Source: a virus (lineage: Duplodnaviria; Caudoviricetes). From it: a stretch of DNA of 58,115 bases. Where the stretch lies: IMG/VR virus record IMGVR_UViG_3300025806_000029, positions 1-58,115 of that record. The stretch is one strand, 5' to 3'. Under the pieces are notes generated by a model, which made no database searches, was not told the DNA's origin, and saw nothing but the letters and a program-made list of their open reading frames with translations. Positions 53,319 to 58,115 of the stretch are shown here, in pieces. The stretch's first letter is position 1. Each line of letters opens with the position of its first letter. The translations under genes and the position numbers were made by a program.

Positions 53319-54053
53319 TTAACCCTGCGACATTACGGACTGCATAAATACGCCAAGTCCGTTTGACGGAGAGGAAATCTCGTTCGCAGGTCCGCGGGCC
53401 ATGATCCGGTTTACCTGCTCTACGACCTTCGGGTCAGCACTCTGCATCAGCGACGCAAAGTCGCCGGGTACGCCCGCCTGCTTCAAGAGCCGTGATCCGA
53501 GGGCCGCGGACCGCGGGTCTACGTACGGGACGACTTTGCTGATTGTTACGCTTTTCTCTATGCCCATAGGCTGTTCAACCTCTCCGCCGTCTTCAAAAGG
53601 AATGGTGTAGCTTACGCGTCCGCCGTACTCGTCAGGCATATCAGAGCCTTCAGGCATGTCACGGTAATACCCCTCGAACCGAGGGCCGTCTTTCATCTGG
53701 TAGTAGCCGCTGTACTCCGGCGACTGAATGCCGCGAGCGGAATAAGTTTCACGGTCCGGGGCTCCATAGCGCTGAAGCTCTTCCGGGAAATCAACGCTGC
53801 CGCGGTAATAGCTGCCTGAAGCCGCGCCACCAAAAGTATCGCCTCCGGGAGACGTTACATCGACGCCAATCTTCCCGTAGTAGTTTTGATTGCTGATGTC
53901 CAAAAGAACGTCGCCTTCAGGCAAATCGACGGATGGGGTGCGACCCGTTTGTCGGCCTTCCACAAAAACGCGCGGGCGGACGCCGTACCCGGCAATTCCA
54001 AAGCTGTATCCCTCCGGGGCCCCTGCGCCTAAATCAACTTTCGAATCCGCCAT
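53319..54053 (-). CDS. Hypothetical protein with beta-strand-rich N-terminal domain
   Basis: 244 aa; Gly/Tyr alternating strands; FEDGGEV motif. Confidence 0.65.
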   Translation of the reverse strand: MADSKVDLGAGAPEGYSFGIAGYGVRPRVFVEGRQTGRTPSVDLPEGDVLLDISNQNYYGKIGVDVTSPGGDTFGGAASGSYYRGSVDFPEELQRYGAPDRETYSARGIQSPEYSGYYQMKDGPRFEGYYRDMPEGSDMPDEYGGRVSYTIPFEDGGEVEQPMGIEKSVTISKVVPYVDPRSAALGSRLLKQAGVPGDFASLMQSADPKVVEQVNRIMARGPANEISSPSNGLGVFMQSVMSQG

Positions 54054-54064
54054 GCCGTCCTGTC

Positions 54065-55525
54065 TCAGTAATACGCGTGGACACGTTGACTGGTTTCAGT
54101 GTCTTCCCAGTCGTCCGACGGCAACTGAATAAAGTTGCCCTGACGGTAACGCATCAACGCCTGTGTCATGCTATCTACCAAGTCATCATATTCCCCGTTA
54201 GGAAAAGCTGCAACTTCTTCTATCATCTCGTCCGCGAACACCTCGTCGGGGGCCCAGACCATTCCAGCCTCGAAAAGCGGCGACACAGAATGCACCCGCG
54301 TGACTTTGTCCGCCCCCTTCGACGGCGTGTAGTTCACAACAGGAATGCCAATCTGTCGTAATTCCTGCGTCAACGGCATACCGCTCGCCTTCGCCTCGAC
54401 AATTACCGTATCCGGCTCCCAGTAGCCGTACTGGTCGTACGCCTGCTCCTTCAGTTCAGGAAAATCCCACCGGCCCTTCTTACTGTCCAGCAGGATAAGG
54501 TTCGGGGGGCCCCCTTCCTGCGGATAAAACACACCCCACGTCGTTATCGCGCTAAAGTCCGCAGTCTCCCGCTTACTGAACGCCGTGTCATAACTCTGGA
54601 TGACGTACTGCAACTGCGGGACAACTTCTTTCTCCCACTTCTTCCACCACTCACGCGGGATAATCGCGTTCTCTTCGCCCGTCGGGTTCTGCTGATACTG
54701 AGCGTTCCACTTGGACGGTGGAATAGAAGCCTTGACCGCGGTCAGATCCTCAAGAGACCAGTATTGAGGCCAGCACGGCTCGTCATTATCAAATATCGCA
54801 GGTAGCTCCACAACTTCCCACTGATCTGCTAGCGGATCTTTAGCCATAGAACGAAGTAACTGACCCGTCATATCCTTCTCAGACCACCGGGTCTGAACCA
54901 AAACTATCGACCCACCCGGCTGGAGCCTCTGTCGGGGGCCCCCGGTGTACCATTCCCACGCATCGTCAAAACCACTGTTCGACATCGCCGTCTGTTCCGA
55001 GTGCGGGTCATCAATGACCACCAAATCACCACCGCGACCCGCCAAGTTCGAGCCAACGCCCACGGCGTAGTACATACCGCCCTTGTTCGTGTCCCAGCGA
55101 CCCGACGCTTTACTGTCAACAGCAAGCGCAACCTCGGGAAACACCTCCTTGTATTCGTCCGTCTCAATGAGGTTCTTGACCTTTCGACCGAAGTTCACCG
55201 CAAGCTCGGTCGTATGCGTCGCTTGAATGATCTTCATCCGCGGATCACGGCCCATCATCCACGCAGGGAACAAATAACTCGCGAACTCCGACTTCGTATG
55301 ACGAGGGGCCATGTTAATTATTAAGCGCTTTAACTCGCCCGTCGCCACACGTTCAAACTTATCTGCAATAATCTTGTGATGCCGACCCGCAATGAAGTCG
55401 GGCCACATCGCACGGACAAAAGTTAAAAAATCGTTTTGGCATTTTTCGTTTTTCTCAAGCTGCGCTAACCGCAGTTCAAGTTTCAGTCGTTTTGATTCTG
55501 CTTCGGGCGTCATTGCGTTAGACAT
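54065..55525 (-). CDS. terL: Terminase large subunit
   Basis: MAPRHTKS, GRGGDLVVIDDP, TRW, QSYDTA, VEAKASG, YDDLVDS. Confidence 0.95.
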   Translation of the reverse strand: MSNAMTPEAESKRLKLELRLAQLEKNEKCQNDFLTFVRAMWPDFIAGRHHKIIADKFERVATGELKRLIINMAPRHTKSEFASYLFPAWMMGRDPRMKIIQATHTTELAVNFGRKVKNLIETDEYKEVFPEVALAVDSKASGRWDTNKGGMYYAVGVGSNLAGRGGDLVVIDDPHSEQTAMSNSGFDDAWEWYTGGPRQRLQPGGSIVLVQTRWSEKDMTGQLLRSMAKDPLADQWEVVELPAIFDNDEPCWPQYWSLEDLTAVKASIPPSKWNAQYQQNPTGEENAIIPREWWKKWEKEVVPQLQYVIQSYDTAFSKRETADFSAITTWGVFYPQEGGPPNLILLDSKKGRWDFPELKEQAYDQYGYWEPDTVIVEAKASGMPLTQELRQIGIPVVNYTPSKGADKVTRVHSVSPLFEAGMVWAPDEVFADEMIEEVAAFPNGEYDDLVDSMTQALMRYRQGNFIQLPSDDWEDTETSQRVHAYY

Positions 55526-55545
55526 CCTATAGGGGCCCCTAGAAA

Positions 55546-55561
55546 TGTTTCACGTGAAACA
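55546..55561. promoter_or_regulatory. parS: Canonical parS site (ParB/Spo0J binding palindrome)
   Basis: Exact 16-bp TGTTTCACGTGAAACA. Confidence 0.8.
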
Positions 55562-56018
55562 TATGGGACGGTTCTTATCTTATCAAGTCATATCAAAATA
55601 TCACGTATTCTATGTCAAAAACATGGTCTTACACCCGTGTCCCCCGGTCGCGCCGGTCGCGGGCGGCGGCGGGCCGGGCCGGGTGCCGTGATCCATGGAA
55701 ATTGACCCGATATCCCGGGGCCCCGGGGCGCTTTTTGCGGCGCTCTATCTCGCACCTGCGAACGGCCCGGACCCCGCGGAAATATGGGATTTATCGGTTC
55801 CCAGGATACCGCGCCGCACAACGGCCCGCGTTCGGCGGTGCAATATGCGTGAAATCCCGTCCGGGCTGGGCGGCGCGGCGGGCGTCACCAGTGAGCGGCG
55901 GATTCGGGGCGGGGTCCGGGGTCCGGGGCGGACAGATCGCGGCCCGCGGGCCGCGGTAGACGGTGCGCGGTACGTTTCAGGCAGGGCGCGGGCGGCGGGC
56001 CGGGGCAAGGTTAACGCA

Positions 56019-56049
56019 CAAAAAAAACCCCGGGGCGGAACCCCGGGGC
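56019..56049 (-). terminator. Intrinsic terminator ending the early gene block
   Basis: CCCCGGGG stems plus long U tract. Confidence 0.75.
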
Positions 56050-56071
56050 GTCGTGTGCGGATCGGATCTGA

Positions 56072-56263
56072 TCAGCTATGCGTGTACCCGTCGGACTCGA
56101 TACCCAGCCATATCCCGCACCACTGAACCATGATGCAATCGTCACACGGCAGGCGCTGGGCGGTGCGCCGCCATGCCAGATAGGACGGCTTAGGGTATTT
56201 GTACCAATCCCGATGGTAGACGCTGAGCAGGGCGACGCGCTGGGCTCTCGTGAGCGGGCGCAC
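56072..56263 (-). CDS. Small conserved phage protein ending GIExDGYTHS
   Basis: GTG start with GGGAG RBS; ...WCGIWLGIESDGYTHS. Confidence 0.65.
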   Translation of the reverse strand: MRPLTRAQRVALLSVYHRDWYKYPKPSYLAWRRTAQRLPCDDCIMVQWCGIWLGIESDGYTHS

Positions 56264-56352
56264 TAGCAATCTCTCCCGAGCTCTGCCGCGACCCAAGCGA
56301 TGACAAGCGCGCCGCCGCCCGACAACGCCAGTATCACCCATTCGCCGAACAT
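56263..56352 (-). CDS. 29-aa hydrophobic mini-protein
   Basis: MFGEWVILALSGGGALVIAWVAAELGRDC; 1-nt overlaps at both ends. Confidence 0.45.
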   Translation of the reverse strand: MFGEWVILALSGGGALVIAWVAAELGRDC

Positions 56353-56840
56353 CAAATCAGGTCCACCGTAACGACCAGATCGTCACGGATCACTGACCGG
56401 GCGCTTTCGGCGGCGGCATCGGCAACGCGGTCTTCGATCTCCGCCCAGATCGCGTTGCCGTCGATTTCCCCGGCGGCTTCCGATGCGGCTTCCTCGGCGG
56501 TGTCGCGGACGCGGTACTCGATTTCGGCCCATATCGCGTCGCCGTCGATTTCTGAGTCGGAGAACGCGACACTCTCGGCGACGCGCAGGGCGACACGCTC
56601 GGCGATGCCCGATATTAGCGCGACCAGTTCGGTGCCCGGGCTATTCGCGAGGTCGGCAAGTGCCCTGCGGGCAGAATCCCGCTCGTCGGTGATCTGGGCA
56701 AGGTGCGCCTCAATTTCCGCGACGGTGCCGGTGCCGAATCCGGCGATGGTAAACTCTGCCCGGCCCGCCTTGTCGGATTCCAGTTCGGTTGTCACGGTCC
56801 GGAGCAGGTCGGTGGTGCTGGTGTCATGTTCGTCTTGCAT
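56352..56840 (-). CDS. Acidic early protein with internal duplication
   Basis: GGAG RBS before ATG 56840; EIDGxAIWAEIExRV x2. Confidence 0.7.
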   Translation of the reverse strand: MQDEHDTSTTDLLRTVTTELESDKAGRAEFTIAGFGTGTVAEIEAHLAQITDERDSARRALADLANSPGTELVALISGIAERVALRVAESVAFSDSEIDGDAIWAEIEYRVRDTAEEAASEAAGEIDGNAIWAEIEDRVADAAAESARSVIRDDLVVTVDLI

Positions 56841-56878
56841 AGTATTCTCCATTTGGTCGGGCGGAATTGCCCGGAAGT

Positions 56879-56938
56879 GTTCTCGCATATCGTCGCATAT
56901 ATCGCAACAACAAAAAGGGGCGGCCCGAAAGCCGCCCC
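56879..56938 (-). promoter_or_regulatory. Terminator followed by promoter region with tandem TATGCGA boxes
   Basis: GGGGCGGC/GCCGCCCC hairpin at 56917-56938; tcgcata at 56883 and 56893. Confidence 0.6.
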
Positions 56939-56961
56939 GTTGTCGCTTATGTCGCCGCGCT

Positions 56962-58089
56962 TTACGCGGTCATCAATTCCAGCGCGGCTTTATGTGCGCG
57001 GGATTTCAGCGCGCCGCCCGTGCCATCGCCGAACAGATTAGACGCGACGTTGTGCGCGGTGCCGCGATTTTTCACGGGCCGCTGGTCTGCCAGCCATGTC
57101 ACGGTGTTGAGTGCGCCCCAAACGGTGCCGCGCGTTGTCGCCAGATCGTGCCCGGGGTTGATACCATCGGCGGGCGGGGCCGTGATATCTTCCGGCAGTC
57201 CGGCGGCGACGTTGCGGGCGATAGCATCAAGGCGGGCCGAGACATACCGCGCCGCCTCGCTTTCATCCTCTTTGCCTATCGCCACAAAGTCTTGGCCGGT
57301 GTAGTAGGCGAAGGCCTTTCGGACCCCTTCGGAATGGATCACGCGCCCACCGTCCGTGGTTTTTTCCGTGCCGCGCATAACCGCCCGGAAATATTCCAGC
57401 GCCTCGCCATCGGTCAAAGCGCGGGCGGCCATGGCTTTAGCCGAACTAACAAAAGACCCGAAGGATTCCGCGTTTAAACCCAGCGCGGTTTCGACGGCTT
57501 CGGGGTCCAGTGCTACGCGGTGGTCGTGCCGGAATATGTCGGCCTCTTTCTCGGAAAGCGCCTTAGCTAGGGTGTTCCGGCAAACGACGCGCTCCATCAC
57601 GCGGGCGAATGTGTTAGCGTCGCGGCCAGTGTGCCGGACAACAAAAAGCGGGCGCGAGGCTATCGCATCGCCGGGGCCTACTTCCTCCATATGGCCGGTT
57701 TCTAGTTGAACCCAAGAGGATTCGCCGCCGAACAACGCTCCCGCCGTTATAATGTCGTGCCCATGTTTGGCGCGGATATCATCGGCGACTTCAAGGATGG
57801 CGCGATTCTGTACCGGTTGCCATTGCCCGGCGATGTAAGGGCCGGTCACGTGGTTGTTGTCGGTCCGCTCTATATAAAACGAATCCGGAATTGCGGTGCC
57901 GTCGGTGCGGTGGTTCGGTCGGCACTCGACGGTGTAGTTTAAACCGGCGGCGTCGGCCCATGTGTCGATTGATGCGCCCGCCTCTACTATCTGCGGGGAG
58001 GTCTCGGCGGCGTGCCATGGGGCGGCGTCGCCCGCCCGATATGCCATTGCGATTGTGCCGTCTGCTTGTGTTGCTAATTCGTGGGACAT
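56962..58089 (-). CDS. DUF932 (TIGR03299-like) protein, allele B, complete
   Basis: PWH...AGLNY.V...QPVQN...TAGALFGG...RVVCRNTL...GTVWGALNTVT...D. Confidence 0.85.
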   Translation of the reverse strand: MSHELATQADGTIAMAYRAGDAAPWHAAETSPQIVEAGASIDTWADAAGLNYTVECRPNHRTDGTAIPDSFYIERTDNNHVTGPYIAGQWQPVQNRAILEVADDIRAKHGHDIITAGALFGGESSWVQLETGHMEEVGPGDAIASRPLFVVRHTGRDANTFARVMERVVCRNTLAKALSEKEADIFRHDHRVALDPEAVETALGLNAESFGSFVSSAKAMAARALTDGEALEYFRAVMRGTEKTTDGGRVIHSEGVRKAFAYYTGQDFVAIGKEDESEAARYVSARLDAIARNVAAGLPEDITAPPADGINPGHDLATTRGTVWGALNTVTWLADQRPVKNRGTAHNVASNLFGDGTGGALKSRAHKAALELMTA

Positions 58090-58115
58090 TGGTCTAGTTC
58101 TCCATGATAAAAAAA
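57328..58115. repeat. Diverged direct repeat of 1-788
   Basis: See 1-788. Confidence 0.97.

Noticed and set aside
57328-58115. True physical direct terminal repeat
   Set aside because: Phage DTRs are copied each cycle and should be identical. These copies diverge in the middle and begin inside a gene.
1-58115. tRNA genes, integrase, introns/inteins, stop-codon reassignment
   Set aside because: No cloverleaf or recombinase motifs noticed by eye; core genes are full-length and uninterrupted in the standard code. tRNAscan and HMM searches were not run.

Overview
Essentially complete (~57.3 kb unit length) genome of a tailed dsDNA phage, most likely a marine podovirus. By gene content and order it resembles the HTVC023P/CRP-810-like phages of Alphaproteobacteria (inference, no search run). 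Every credible gene is on the minus strand except one SNF2 helicase. Order in transcription direction: terL, envelope cassette, portal, holin-like protein, GroES, scaffold, major capsid, small basic proteins, tail/adaptor/fibre genes, three large ejection proteins, HlyC-type acyltransferase, M15 endolysin. Then come the replication module (SSB, AEP primase, UvrD-like helicase, PolA), SleB-like hydrolase, a cluster of 2OG-Fe(II) oxygenases, an iteron-containing origin-like region, terS, and early genes ending in DUF932. Positions 1-788 are a diverged second copy of 57328-58115, giving two alleles of the DUF932 gene. Top leads: (1) an ~83-nt independently transcribed sRNA (10505-10587) whose single-stranded seed is complementary to an extended ribosome-binding motif shared by early genes; (2) a perfect chromosomal parS site beside terL with no phage parB; (3) an RTX-toxin-type acyltransferase coupled to a Gly-rich virion-like protein; (4) a Phi-x-x-G-G-x-V motif shared by many late proteins; (5) a YATG(G/C)GA operator regulon overlapping sigma70 promoters. 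No tRNA, CRISPR, integrase or reverse transcriptase was seen.
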